Assembly (NCBI GenBank): GCA_007376485.1
Contig: VMGJ01000002.1
Coordinates: 15,134-79,133 of the forward strand
Length of the DNA stretch: 64,000 bases
Direction of reading: 5' to 3'
Origin: Parcubacteria group bacterium Licking1014_17
GTDB taxonomy: Bacteria > Patescibacteriota > Minisyncoccia > 2-02-FULL-40-12 > IGHO2-01-FULL-4-A
Positions within the stretch are counted from its first letter, which is position 1. Each line of letters begins with the position of its first letter. The notes beneath the pieces are model-generated. The model ran no database searches. It saw nothing but the letters and a program-made list of their open reading frames with translations, and had not been told where the DNA came from. Positions 42,231-52,256 of the stretch are shown piece after piece. A program made the translations under genes and the position numbers.

Positions 42231-43124
42231 TTATTTTATGCTCTTGATGGAGTAATTTTCCCCATCAAGCGTTAATTCAATTAAGCCGTTCTTATCAGTA
42301 CGATAATACGGAATGTGATTTTGGGCAAGACGGTCCAGAATTATCTGGCTGGGCAAATTATAGCGATTATTCTCGCCCACCTCAATAAACGCCGCCTTTG
42401 GTTTGACCGCGTTGAGAAATCTTTCCGATGTCGAGGTCTTGGAGCCGTGATGGGCGACTTTCAAAAAATCGCTGCTCAAACTGGCGTGGGAAGCGATTAA
42501 TTTATCTTCGACCTGCGACCCAATATCACCCGGAAATAAAACCGACTGCTTGCCGTATTCCAATCTTAGCACCGCCGAACTATTGTTCGTGGAGCTGACG
42601 GGCGCGTCTTTTTGGTTTTCAAACGGGTATAAAACCACCAGTTTCGCGCCACCGCCGATATCTACCGTCATTCCCCTCTCAACAGTTTCATCTTCAACTT
42701 TCTTTACACTCTCTTCTTTGTGCCATTCGTCACACAGCGAGGTTACGCAACGAACACCGGTTTCCAGAATTTCCCCGACGCTGTATCTGTCCAGAACACT
42801 TATCAATCCCGTCAAATGGTCGCTATCGGTGTGGCTTAAAACCAGCGCGTCAATTGACCGGTCAAAAAATGGCATAACTTTCCCGATTTCTTCCACCACC
42901 TTATTATCAGGTCCGCCGTCAATCAAAACCTGATTGCCGTTCGGCGATTCAATCAAAACGGCGTCGCCCTGTCCGACGTCAAGAAAATAAACTTTCAGCA
43001 ACCCTTTGCGGTCGGATACCGCGCGATAGCCGAGAAAACTGGCGGCGGCTATTAATACTAAAACCAGAAACGCCAGCCATTGCGCTTTCGGTATGCCGAC
43101 TGCTTTTTTGTTTTCTTCATTCAT
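42231..43124 (-). CDS. ComEC C-terminal-like metallo-beta-lactamase fold protein
   Basis: LDVGQGDA, SHTDSDH, LKVAHHGS, YRTD..G. Confidence 0.9.
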   Translation of the reverse strand: MNEENKKAVGIPKAQWLAFLVLVLIAAASFLGYRAVSDRKGLLKVYFLDVGQGDAVLIESPNGNQVLIDGGPDNKVVEEIGKVMPFFDRSIDALVLSHTDSDHLTGLISVLDRYSVGEILETGVRCVTSLCDEWHKEESVKKVEDETVERGMTVDIGGGAKLVVLYPFENQKDAPVSSTNNSSAVLRLEYGKQSVLFPGDIGSQVEDKLIASHASLSSDFLKVAHHGSKTSTSERFLNAVKPKAAFIEVGENNRYNLPSQIILDRLAQNHIPYYRTDKNGLIELTLDGENYSIKSIK

Positions 43125-44685
43125 TTTCAGGAACCGGTGGTTTCCCGCGCCAGCTTAAAAATAAAACAACGACAGCCGCCAGATAAAAAACAAAAACCGC
43201 CTGCCACGGAATTTTGACCGTTACATTGCCGCCCGGAATGGAACCGCCGATTTTTATTACTTTTATGACAAACTCCGACACCACCCAAGATAAACTGCCC
43301 AATATCTTTCCCAAAAAAGGAATTATTATGCCTAAAACGCCGGTGGCGAAACCCATTATCATTATTACGGGTATCAATGGCAGTATAATGGCGTTGACGG
43401 GCACGGAAATCAGAGAAAAACTTCCGAAACTGAATATGATTAAAGGCAGCACTGCCATTTGCGCCGAAATTGTCATGGCTAAAGTTTCGCGAAAATTGTA
43501 AACCGAGGGAGCCCAAAGAAAATATTTTTCAATCAGCGGACTGATGTAAACCAGCCCGAGCGTCGCGAGAAACGAAAGCTGAAAGCCGACGTCATAGCGC
43601 AAAATCAGCGGTTGGATAAGCACCATAACCGCCGCGGCGCCGATAATCGCCGTGCCCGGACTGCTTAGTCTGCCGTTCCGCCGTGCTATGAGGACGAGGA
43701 CGCCCATTATCGCCGCCCGGATTACCGAGGCGGCGGCTCCGACAAATATTGAAAAAACTGCGATGCCGATTATGGAAAATAACATCGCTCTCTTCCGCCC
43801 CAACACCGCCAAAAATATGAAAAGGAAAAATTCGGCGATAATAGTGATGTTGTATCCGGACACAGCCAGAATATGGGAAGTGCCGGTGCGCTTGAAATCG
43901 TTGGTCAGCGTTTCATTCTCAAAAACTCTGCCGCCTAAAAGCGTTCCGCCGACAAAAGAGGCGTTGGGCTCGGAGATCGAACGGGTAATTGAGTTTTCAA
44001 AAACATTGCGAACGGCGTAAATCGGCTTCAGAACGGATATTTTCACTTTGTCGGGAAAAGGGATTCCCGCCTGGTTGTTTATCACGGATATTTCGGGAAA
44101 ACTCATGGTTGTATAAATGCCGTCCTTCGCCAGATAAGATTTGTAATCAAACCCCTCAATAAAACCCGGCAGAAGTGGCACGCCATCCACGGATATGGTC
44201 TGCCCGAATTTATATTCCGGATAAGTATCCGATATGACGAGAACTTTCTCGTTCAATGAAATAGCGTGGTTACCGCTTATCAGTTGTCTGGCGCCGACAA
44301 TTATATTCCGCTTGCCGTTGTGAACACGCGTCGGTTCAGCCACATAACCTAAAATTGTTATCGTAACTTTCGGTTTTCCGCTTGTCTGTTTAACCTCCGC
44401 AAGCGACGCCGCTATTTCGGAAAGTCCGCGCATGCTGTAGCTGACTGATTGAAAACGCCAAATTCCCATAACCGCCACGACAAGTGCGAAACCGGCGACT
44501 AAGGGAATCAATTTTTTATCTTTCAACAGCGGTATCTTGCGCCAACTTAAAGCAACCAGAAAAACCCCCAGAGAAAAAAGGACAAACATAACATTTGCCG
44601 GCACCGAAAAAAAAGACGCTATAAAAACGCCTAAGACAAATGATAAGGATAAAACAATAAATACACGCGACGGATGCATAATCAA
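43117..44685 (-). CDS. comEC: Competence protein ComEC/Rec2 (membrane part)
   Basis: GTSHILAVSGYN, SVIRAAIM, GFQLSFLAT. Confidence 0.92.
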   Translation of the reverse strand: MIMHPSRVFIVLSLSFVLGVFIASFFSVPANVMFVLFSLGVFLVALSWRKIPLLKDKKLIPLVAGFALVVAVMGIWRFQSVSYSMRGLSEIAASLAEVKQTSGKPKVTITILGYVAEPTRVHNGKRNIIVGARQLISGNHAISLNEKVLVISDTYPEYKFGQTISVDGVPLLPGFIEGFDYKSYLAKDGIYTTMSFPEISVINNQAGIPFPDKVKISVLKPIYAVRNVFENSITRSISEPNASFVGGTLLGGRVFENETLTNDFKRTGTSHILAVSGYNITIIAEFFLFIFLAVLGRKRAMLFSIIGIAVFSIFVGAAASVIRAAIMGVLVLIARRNGRLSSPGTAIIGAAAVMVLIQPLILRYDVGFQLSFLATLGLVYISPLIEKYFLWAPSVYNFRETLAMTISAQMAVLPLIIFSFGSFSLISVPVNAIILPLIPVIMIMGFATGVLGIIIPFLGKILGSLSWVVSEFVIKVIKIGGSIPGGNVTVKIPWQAVFVFYLAAVVVLFLSWRGKPPVPENE

Positions 44686-45356
44686 CTTACCGCACTGATT
44701 TCCTTCAAAACTTTTTCAAAAACATTGACGGCTACGACCGCCTGGTTGTGCTTCAAACTGAAACCGGCATCATGAACGATTAAATTTCTAAGTTTATGGG
44801 CGTCCCAGAGTTCCTGCAAACTGACCAAATTACCCGGCTTGATTAAAATAAGCCGTTCACCCATAGTTTCTCCCTGATAACCGGCGGCTTTAAGCGCATC
44901 ATCAACAAATTTATCCGCCTCAATGACGGCAATTTTCCATTCCGCTTCGTTGTATGACTGGGCTTTTGCTTTTATCGCTTCCCAACTGCCCTGTTTCAGG
45001 GTTGTTTGCATGATGGCGGGCGCGCCATCGCTTCCCGCGGGCGGCGTTTGAGTAGTTCTCGTTGCTTCGCCCATGGCTTTATTAATGGCGCGGATTCTGA
45101 AGAAAAGATATACCAGAACGAATATGAAGAAAATAATAAAAGCAATCGCGACTTTTTTCGCCGTGGCGATGAGGTCAGGGTCAGTTAAATCTAAGTGGAA
45201 GAAATTGCCGATGTTCCTGAAAAAATTTATTATCGGCTCAAAAATATTCGGGAGATTGATATCGGTTCTCAACCCGCTAAAATTCGGACCCCGCGGAGCC
45301 GAGGATTGTCCCAGCGTGAATACCCATGATGGAATTGTTGGCTGTGGTAAAAGCAT
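44682..45356 (-). CDS. Conserved hypothetical membrane-anchored protein
   Basis: AVIEADK..D..L...G..GETMGERL, W.AH.LRN.IVH. Confidence 0.75.
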   Translation of the reverse strand: MLLPQPTIPSWVFTLGQSSAPRGPNFSGLRTDINLPNIFEPIINFFRNIGNFFHLDLTDPDLIATAKKVAIAFIIFFIFVLVYLFFRIRAINKAMGEATRTTQTPPAGSDGAPAIMQTTLKQGSWEAIKAKAQSYNEAEWKIAVIEADKFVDDALKAAGYQGETMGERLILIKPGNLVSLQELWDAHKLRNLIVHDAGFSLKHNQAVVAVNVFEKVLKEISAVS

Positions 45357-45365
45357 ATTTATAAT

Positions 45366-46769
45366 TTAACGTGATAATTCATAAGCATGGGCAACGCGCA
45401 AAATGGTTGCTTCGTCAAAATGCCTGCCCATTATTTGAAAACCGACCGGCAATTCTTTGCCGTCAATCAGTACAGTCCCGCAGGGCACGGAAATCGCCGG
45501 GATGCCGACAAGATTCGCCTGAACCGTAAACATATCAGCCATGTAAGCCGACAGCGGATCCGTCAGCTCCCCTATTTTCGGCGCAACCATCGGCGCGACC
45601 GGACCGACAATAACGTCAAAATTTTTATAAACTTTTTCAAAATCTTTCCGTAAGAGAGTCCTGACTTTCTGCGCCTTTAAATAATAGGCGTCGTAGTAGC
45701 CGGCGGACAACGTATAGGTGCCGATAATTACCCGGCGCCGCACTTCCGGACCCAAAAATTCGGCGCGGGTATGCAAATAGGAATCAATGTAAGAATCGCC
45801 ATCCGATGAAACCTTGCCGTATTTGATGCCGTCGTAGCGCGCCAAGTTTGAAGAAACTTCTGACGGAACAAGGATATAATAAGCCGCCAAAGCGTATTCA
45901 GCCGTTGGGATATTTACATAATCAACATAAATGCCGAGCTTACCCAGCACGCTTATCGCTTTTTCAACGGAAATTTTAATATCCGGGCTGATGCCTTCGC
46001 CGAAATACTCTTTCGGAACCGCGGCTCGCAAACCCTTAACGGGCTTATCCAATTCTTTGACAAAATCCGGAACTTCCGCCGGCGAGCTTGTAGAATCCAT
46101 CGGATCGCGCCCGGAAATGACATTCAATACTATTGCCGCGTCCTCGACAGTTTTTGTTATCGGACCGATTTGGTCAAAACCGGAAGCCATGGCAATTAAG
46201 CCGTGGCGCGACACTCTGCCATAAGTCGGCTTTAATCCGACAACGCCGCACAATGACGCCGGCATTCTGATTGAGCCCCCAGTGTCGGAGCCCAGAGCAA
46301 AAACCGCCATGTCCGCCGCTACTGCCGCCACAGAGCCGCATGAAGAACCACCGGCGATGCGCTTGTCGTCGTAGGGATTCAGGGTCGGACCAAAAGCTGA
46401 ATTTTCGCCGGTCGTACCCATGGCAAATTCATCCAAATTTGTTTTGCCAAGAATAACGGCCCCCGCGGCTTTTAACTTTGACACAGCCGTAGCGTCGTAA
46501 GCCGCTGTATAATTTGAAAGGATTTTAGAGCCGGCAGTGCAATGCTTTCCTTCCACAAGAATGGAATCTTTAACAGCGCAGGGAATACCGGCAAGCGCGC
46601 CGCCTGATTTTTCCGCTTTTTCATCACCTTTATAAACCTCCAGATAGGCGTTTAATTTTTTATCGTGAAGTTCAATTTCGCGCAAAAATCCCTGCCTGAT
46701 TTCCTCGGCACTCGCCTCGCCGTTCTCTATCATGTGCAGGACTTTTTTAATTGTCAGGTCGCTGTTCAT
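45366..46769 (-). CDS. gatA: Asp/Glu-tRNA amidotransferase subunit A
   Basis: GKTNLDEFAMG, GSDTGGSIR.PA, SSNLARYDG, AGYYDAYY.KAQKVR; start reassigned to MNSDLT. Confidence 0.96.
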   Translation of the reverse strand: MNSDLTIKKVLHMIENGEASAEEIRQGFLREIELHDKKLNAYLEVYKGDEKAEKSGGALAGIPCAVKDSILVEGKHCTAGSKILSNYTAAYDATAVSKLKAAGAVILGKTNLDEFAMGTTGENSAFGPTLNPYDDKRIAGGSSCGSVAAVAADMAVFALGSDTGGSIRMPASLCGVVGLKPTYGRVSRHGLIAMASGFDQIGPITKTVEDAAIVLNVISGRDPMDSTSSPAEVPDFVKELDKPVKGLRAAVPKEYFGEGISPDIKISVEKAISVLGKLGIYVDYVNIPTAEYALAAYYILVPSEVSSNLARYDGIKYGKVSSDGDSYIDSYLHTRAEFLGPEVRRRVIIGTYTLSAGYYDAYYLKAQKVRTLLRKDFEKVYKNFDVIVGPVAPMVAPKIGELTDPLSAYMADMFTVQANLVGIPAISVPCGTVLIDGKELPVGFQIMGRHFDEATILRVAHAYELSR

Positions 46770-46789
46770 AAATACTAAGTAAAATATTA

Positions 46790-46929
46790 ATTGAGAAATA
46801 CGTTTTTGAGCAGTACAGCGAGCCAGTTTTGCTTGGTCCCGCACCGGTATGGTGCGGGAAAACTGGCGAGGTATAAGTGAGGGCTTCGCTGGAAAGCCCG
46901 AACATCTGCGAAAAAATGTATTTCTCAAT
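46790..46929. repeat. Multibranched palindromic element, copy 1
   Basis: Core TTTGAGCAGTACAGCGAGCCAGTTTTGCTTGGTCCC...GGGAAAACTGG...CATCTGCGAAA closed by a long inverted repeat. Confidence 0.85.
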
Positions 46930-46941
46930 GCTAAAGAACCC

Positions 46942-47247
46942 CTACTTTGCTTCTAAAATTGACTTCACTTTTACGAAATTCTCTTTTCGGCGCGGCGCCT
47001 GTCCGACAAGTTTTTCGGTATTTTCTAATGACGGCTCTATGGAATTCGTATCATCGCGGAAAACATTTTCCATGCCCGTTACCTGCGCCGTCGGCTCCAC
47101 ACCCGCCAAATCAAGTTCACCTATTTTATTGACGTAATCCAAAATCGGCTCCAACTCTCCGGTCAGTTTTTCCCGCTCTTTCGCGGTCAATTTTATCCGC
47201 GCCAAATGAGCGACATATTCAACTTCTTTTTCGGTAATACGAGACAT
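46942..47247 (-). CDS. gatC: Asp/Glu-tRNA amidotransferase subunit C
   Basis: V.YVAHLARI.L, VEPT, NVFRDD, FVKV..I. Confidence 0.95.
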   Translation of the reverse strand: MSRITEKEVEYVAHLARIKLTAKEREKLTGELEPILDYVNKIGELDLAGVEPTAQVTGMENVFRDDTNSIEPSLENTEKLVGQAPRRKENFVKVKSILEAK

Positions 47248-47377
47248 AAGTTAAAAATAGCACAAAAAATACAAAACCTAAAGATATTTGACGTTACTCA
47301 TTAATAATGTTATTATTAACACAGCCCACAAAGATTGTTGATTCCTTGACAATTTGGTTTAAGAAACGAGGTGTAAC

Positions 47378-47791
47378 ATGACACGCATTCTTTTTTCTGT
47401 TTTGGGGGTTTACATCCTGTTGTTATCTGTTTCCTGTGGTCCTACCCCACCGACCGTCCTGATTACAACATCACAGACGGAGACAAAGGTAAATCTAGAT
47501 GCTGCAATCACGATCGGTAATCACACGTGGCTGCCTCTTAATTTAGAGCAGGGCAAGCCCTTTGGGGAGCCGGCACGCCCTATTAACCACGTTCTGGACA
47601 TTCTCAATATTCTTAAAGCATTTGAGGATGCCCACCCGGAGTTGGAGACCACCGGGTGGTTCATTGAGAAGGAACAGCGTGCAAGTGGGACTATGAGGAA
47701 TATATTTGGTATCTGGGTTGATCATAGACCCAAACAGGCTTGCATATGCGACTGCAATTGCGGGCCCACACCAAAACTCGAAAAAGAGTAG
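47378..47791 (+). CDS. Putative lipoprotein
   Basis: Signal peptide ending SVSC; GAGGT RBS; upstream TTGACG-N17-TATTAT. Confidence 0.55.
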   Translation: MTRILFSVLGVYILLLSVSCGPTPPTVLITTSQTETKVNLDAAITIGNHTWLPLNLEQGKPFGEPARPINHVLDILNILKAFEDAHPELETTGWFIEKEQRASGTMRNIFGIWVDHRPKQACICDCNCGPTPKLEKE

Positions 47792-47877
47792 GAGATAACG
47801 ACAAATCGGTTAGGGATTGCGGTATTTTGATAAGAAGCCACCATCCCCGGCCGATTTTTTTATTGATACAGCTCATA

Positions 47878-48026
47878 GCCGAAGCCAAACTGCTTTTGAG
47901 CAGTACAGCGAGCCAGTTTTGCTTGGTCCCCCACCGGCACGCCGGTGGGGGAAAACTGGCGAGGTATAAGCGGAGGTTTTCGCTGGAAAAACCGGAGCAT
48001 CTGCGAAAGGGCAGTTTGACTTTGGC
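47878..48026. repeat. Multibranched palindromic element, copy 2
   Basis: Same core as copies 1 and 3. Confidence 0.85.
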
Positions 48027-48030
48027 GCCA

Positions 48031-50178
48031 TTATTTTACCATCCTCAAAAACTCCCCTTCCGAGATTATTTTCACTCCCAGTTTTTTGGCTTTATCAAAT
48101 TTTGAGCCCGGTTCGTGGCCGGCGACGACATAGCTGGTTTCCTTGGATATCGACGATAAGGCGTCGCCGCCATTTTCGCGGACGAGTTTTTCGGCATCCT
48201 CGCGAGTAATGGTATCAAGCGAACCAGTGAAGATGAACGACAGTCCTTTCAATTTCTGCGATTTTTGCGATTTGCTTTGCGCCAGCACTTTCACCCCGGC
48301 TTTTTTGAATTTTTCCAAAAGTTTTTTGCTGTATGGTTTTTTGAACCACTTATAAATTTCTTCAGCCGTAACATCACCGATGTCTTTTATTGAATTCAAT
48401 TCTCCGGCTTCGGCACCGGCGATTTTTTCGATTGTGCCGAACTGGCGCGCCAAATCAACAGCCGTTTCAATGCCTACGTGCGGAATCCCCAAACTGAAAA
48501 CAAATCTATCCAGCGTCACGGTTTTGTGCGACTGAATGGCGCCAATTGTATTTTCGGCGGATTTGTCGGCAAATCTTTCCAGGTTCATCAGGTCTTCTTT
48601 TTTTAATTTATACAAATCAGTAACATCCCTGATTAAGCCGGCATCAACAAGCTGGTCAATTATTTTCGGACCGACACCGTCTATATTCATCGCTCCTTTG
48701 GAAACAAAATGATACATATATTCCCTTTTTCTCGCTGGACAGTTCTCGTTGACGCATTTGTGCGCGGCATAACCCTCTTCCCTGACAATCGCGCCCTCGC
48801 AGGCGGGACATTTTTTGGGAAAATGAAATTCTTTTTCCTTGCCAGTTCTCAATTCCTTCAAAACTTTTTTTATGTCCGGAATGACATCGCCCGCCCTTCC
48901 GACAACCACCGTATCGCCTATTTTCACTCCGAGCCGTTTTATTTCATCTTCGTTGTGGAGGGTGGCGCGCGATATCGTTGTCCCGCCGATTTCCACCGGC
49001 TCAAGCACCGCTACCGGCGTGAGCGTTCCGGTACGCCCGACGCTGACAATGATGTCATTCAATTTTGTCGTTGATTCGCGTGGAGAAAACTTGTAAGCAA
49101 CAATTGCTCTCGGTGCTTTGCCGATAATGCCCAGCTTTTTTGACATTTTATTGTCGTTGATTATTACAACCGTGCCGTCAATTTCATAAGACAGCTTTTC
49201 GCGGTGTTTTTCCCAGTAGTCGCGGAAACCGCCGACTTCGTCAATCGTGCGGCAATATTTATTGTTTGGATTGGTTTTAAAACCAAGCGCCTTGAGAATC
49301 AGATGCTCCTCTTCATGGGTTTCCTGCCCGAAATTTGTGAGCAACGAATACGCGTACGAATCAAGTTTGCGCGAAGCGGTCAGTTTGGGGTCAAGCTGTC
49401 TGATGGAACCGGCGGCAAGATTGCGAGGGTTTTTATAAGTTGCCTCTCCGGCTTTTTTCTGTTCGGCGTTCATGCGCTCAAATTCTTTTTTGCTCAAAAA
49501 AACCTCACCTCTCACAATAATTTCTTCCGGCAGCCCCTTCGACAAGCTCAGGGCAGGCTCCTTCGACAAGCTCAGGGCAGGCTCCTTCGACAAGCTCAGG
49601 GCAGGCTCCTTCGACAAGCTCAGGGCAGGCTCCTTCGACAAGCTCAGGGCAAGCCCTTTTTCCCCCATTTCCTTCAAAAATTCTTCTCTGCTATTCAACT
49701 TCAGCGGTATGGCTTCAACTGTTTTCAGGTTTTGAGTAACATTTTCACCGATAAAACCGTCGCCGCGGGTGGCGCCGACAGCCAAGCTCCCGTTTTTATA
49801 AATCAGCTCAATCGCTAAGCCGTCTATTTTTAATTCGCAGAAAAATCCGGAATCAATAGCGCGGCTATCCAATCTTTTTACGCGGTCTATCCAGTCGTTT
49901 AAATCATCTTTATTAAAAACATCATTGAAAGAAAGCATCCTTCCCGGATGGGTAAACTTTTCAAATTTATCCAACGGCTTGCCGGCAACGCGCTGGGTCG
50001 GCGAATCGGGGGTCACGATTTTTGGGAATTGCTGCTCTAAATCAAATAGTTCCTTTTTGAGCGAGTCCTCAACCGATTCTTCGATTATCGGCGCGTCCAA
50101 AACCAGCCGGTGATAACGGTATTTATTGATTAAAACCCTTAATTTTTCAGCCCTTTGAGCGGCTTCTTTTGTGGTCAT
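48031..50178 (-). CDS. ligA: NAD-dependent DNA ligase with in-frame repeat insertion
   Basis: ELKIDG, TRGDG..GE, RGEV, NPRN.AAGS, VGRTG, C4 zinc finger, BRCT. Confidence 0.97.
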   Translation of the reverse strand: MTTKEAAQRAEKLRVLINKYRYHRLVLDAPIIEESVEDSLKKELFDLEQQFPKIVTPDSPTQRVAGKPLDKFEKFTHPGRMLSFNDVFNKDDLNDWIDRVKRLDSRAIDSGFFCELKIDGLAIELIYKNGSLAVGATRGDGFIGENVTQNLKTVEAIPLKLNSREEFLKEMGEKGLALSLSKEPALSLSKEPALSLSKEPALSLSKEPALSLSKGLPEEIIVRGEVFLSKKEFERMNAEQKKAGEATYKNPRNLAAGSIRQLDPKLTASRKLDSYAYSLLTNFGQETHEEEHLILKALGFKTNPNNKYCRTIDEVGGFRDYWEKHREKLSYEIDGTVVIINDNKMSKKLGIIGKAPRAIVAYKFSPRESTTKLNDIIVSVGRTGTLTPVAVLEPVEIGGTTISRATLHNEDEIKRLGVKIGDTVVVGRAGDVIPDIKKVLKELRTGKEKEFHFPKKCPACEGAIVREEGYAAHKCVNENCPARKREYMYHFVSKGAMNIDGVGPKIIDQLVDAGLIRDVTDLYKLKKEDLMNLERFADKSAENTIGAIQSHKTVTLDRFVFSLGIPHVGIETAVDLARQFGTIEKIAGAEAGELNSIKDIGDVTAEEIYKWFKKPYSKKLLEKFKKAGVKVLAQSKSQKSQKLKGLSFIFTGSLDTITREDAEKLVRENGGDALSSISKETSYVVAGHEPGSKFDKAKKLGVKIISEGEFLRMVK
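49536..49655 (+). repeat. Five tandem 24-bp REP-like units inside ligA
   Basis: CCTTCGACAAGCTCAGGGCAGGCT x4 plus one variant; encodes ALSLSKEP repeats. Confidence 0.95.
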
Positions 50179-50318
50179 TTACTCTAAGAATATAACATAA
50201 AATAGCGTAAATGCGAGCGACACCGAGCCTAAACTACCTTTAGGCAGCACAGCGCTATTTGCTAACAATCATTCCATATGTTATTAAACAATCAGTCGGA
50301 AAATTGAAAGGAGTTACT

Positions 50319-50531
50319 ATGAAAGCGACCGTAAGCGCAGTCTTTGAAGCTTATCAAAGAGCAGTGGCGGAACGGGAGAAAGCAAGAAACGGTGATAGAG
50401 AACCCGGCAGCTACGGCGAAATGCTTGTGTTAACCGTACGTCTCGAAAAAGTTCTCCTGGAATGTGATGTTAAAATTGAACTACCCCAAGGGACAGAAAC
50501 GTTCATAGCCCCCGCGCTGAGCAAGCTATGA
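50319..50531 (+). CDS. Hypothetical protein
   Basis: AGGAG RBS before MKATVS; terminator at about 50555-50583. Confidence 0.5.
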   Translation: MKATVSAVFEAYQRAVAEREKARNGDREPGSYGEMLVLTVRLEKVLLECDVKIELPQGTETFIAPALSKL

Positions 50532-50641
50532 AAAGCTTCAATCCCAACATCAAAAGTCCCCCATTTATTGGGGGCACTTTTTTTATTCCTATCATACTTT
50601 ATTCGAGATACAAGACTATTTTCTTTCAGACGATTCCATAA

Positions 50642-50788
50642 CCGAAGCCAAACTGCCTTTGAGCAGTACAGCGAGCCAGTTTTGCTTGGTCCCCCACCAG
50701 CGTGCTGGTGGGGGAAAACTGGTGAGCTATAAGCGGAGGTTTTCGCTGGAAAAACCGTAGCATCTGCGAAAAGGCAGTTTGGCTTCGG
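50642..50788. repeat. Multibranched palindromic element, copy 3
   Basis: Same core as copies 1 and 2. Confidence 0.85.
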
Positions 50789-50798
50789 CTATAAATTA

Positions 50799-51185
50799 TT
50801 ATTCTGGCGTGCTTATTTCAAGCGTCCTTGTTACGCCCATGTATCTGCCTGTCGCGCGGAGAGGGTTTTTCGCGCACATTGTGACGGCATCCCCCGGAGG
50901 AAACGTTTCGGTCGGAACGTTCGGGTCAAAAAGAAAATATTGGATTCCTTCAATAGACATTACTGGCGGTTCTACCGCGTCGCCGGCTTTATTGACATAA
51001 AGGCAATATTCCATGGCGGAGTCGGCGGCGTAAATAGCCGCCGACGAATACCTTACGTCGCGGGCGGTTTTGATTTTCGGAACGAATATCGCGGAGAGTT
51101 CAATCGTAATCAACATCAAGAAAGAACAGAAAAGCAGTGTTGTCAGGAGAATCGAACCTCTGTTGTTTTTTAATTTTATTCCCAT
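50799..51185 (-). CDS. PilX-like minor pilin
   Basis: RG-SILL N-terminus lacking E5; A.YAADS..E. Confidence 0.75.
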   Translation of the reverse strand: MGIKLKNNRGSILLTTLLFCSFLMLITIELSAIFVPKIKTARDVRYSSAAIYAADSAMEYCLYVNKAGDAVEPPVMSIEGIQYFLFDPNVPTETFPPGDAVTMCAKNPLRATGRYMGVTRTLEISTPE

Positions 51186-51186
51186 A

Positions 51187-51738
51187 TTACTGTGACTGAA
51201 GTTGTCTTAATGAAACCGTTGTCTGAAAATTTTCAACACTGTCCGAGCCCGTTGCCCTGACCGCCCCGATTATAGTTACTCGCGGCTGATAGCTGTCGTC
51301 CGGGTCCTGCCCGAAGATGCAGAATTTCAAATCCACGACCTCAACCAAATTAAAATTAAGAATCGACGATTCGGTGACAGGACCAGCGAGCGAAGACAAA
51401 ACATCGCGATTTGCTTCGAAAGTTCCGTCGGTTTTATAATATTTCACGATTCCGTTGTCAGGATGCTGAATAGTAATTGACGACACGCAATCGCCCATCG
51501 TTGCGGGTTCCAGAATTTCGCTGACCCTGATTTCCTTTGTCATTCTTTCAATCATATAGGTCATTGTCTCCTGAACCTGCTGGGTATCAAAGGATCTTCT
51601 CTGTTCCTTGAGAGCGCTGACAAAAACGCCAGATACCACGACAATAATCGTGGCAAAAATGGTGGACGCGACCAGTATTTCAACCAGGGTGAACCCCGCA
51701 CGATTGTTCTTTTTTAATTTAACATTAATACCAGTCAT
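51187..51738 (-). CDS. Minor type IV pilin (PilW-like)
   Basis: G-FTLVEILV prepilin motif; FQTTVS.R end. Confidence 0.85.
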   Translation of the reverse strand: MTGINVKLKKNNRAGFTLVEILVASTIFATIIVVVSGVFVSALKEQRRSFDTQQVQETMTYMIERMTKEIRVSEILEPATMGDCVSSITIQHPDNGIVKYYKTDGTFEANRDVLSSLAGPVTESSILNFNLVEVVDLKFCIFGQDPDDSYQPRVTIIGAVRATGSDSVENFQTTVSLRQLQSQ

Positions 51739-52252
51739 ATAAATGTTCCTCGGCTCTTATTTCCATCCTGTTATCGCTTTTTTCCAGCCACCAAACGGTC
51801 ACAATCACGATTTTCTCGGAACCTGATGTGCCGGTGGTTATGCTGACTTCCCTGTTATAAATTGTTTTATCACTGTTGCCGGAGTTATGAACGTAAGCGT
51901 TTAAAGATCTATTGAGATACAAAGCCGATTCTTCGGAAGCCGCCAATGGCGTTAATTCCTGCGAACTCCACGCAACCGTGTAATTCCCGTCAATAACGCG
52001 CTGGCTCGAACCGAAAGAGCCGAAATCACGCCCGGCTATCCAGTCGCTGTCGCGAAGATTCCTCACGACTTCTATGCCCTCCTGCGCCAAACCGCTGGCG
52101 ATAAACGAATGACGGGTCCTTAGGGCAATATTCCTGTTCATGGAAAAAATCGAAAACGTTCCCGCAAGCACCGTGCTGATTACGAAAGACGCCACCAGCA
52201 CTTCCATTAGCGTGAACCCCCGACTGTATTTTTTTGCCGTCCGGCTATTCAT
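51725..52252 (-). CDS. Minor type IV pilin (PilV-like)
   Basis: G-FTLMEVLV; LAQEGIEVVRN.RD. Confidence 0.85.
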   Translation of the reverse strand: MNSRTAKKYSRGFTLMEVLVASFVISTVLAGTFSIFSMNRNIALRTRHSFIASGLAQEGIEVVRNLRDSDWIAGRDFGSFGSSQRVIDGNYTVAWSSQELTPLAASEESALYLNRSLNAYVHNSGNSDKTIYNREVSITTGTSGSEKIVIVTVWWLEKSDNRMEIRAEEHLYDWY

Positions 52253-52256
52253 ATAG

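Noticed and set aside
46770-46928. 53-aa N-terminal extension of GatA in the ORF track
   Set aside because: It is a chance reading through the palindromic element; the conserved GatA start is at 46769
49536-49655. CRISPR array
   Set aside because: The repeats are contiguous with no spacers, lie in-frame in ligA, and no cas genes are present
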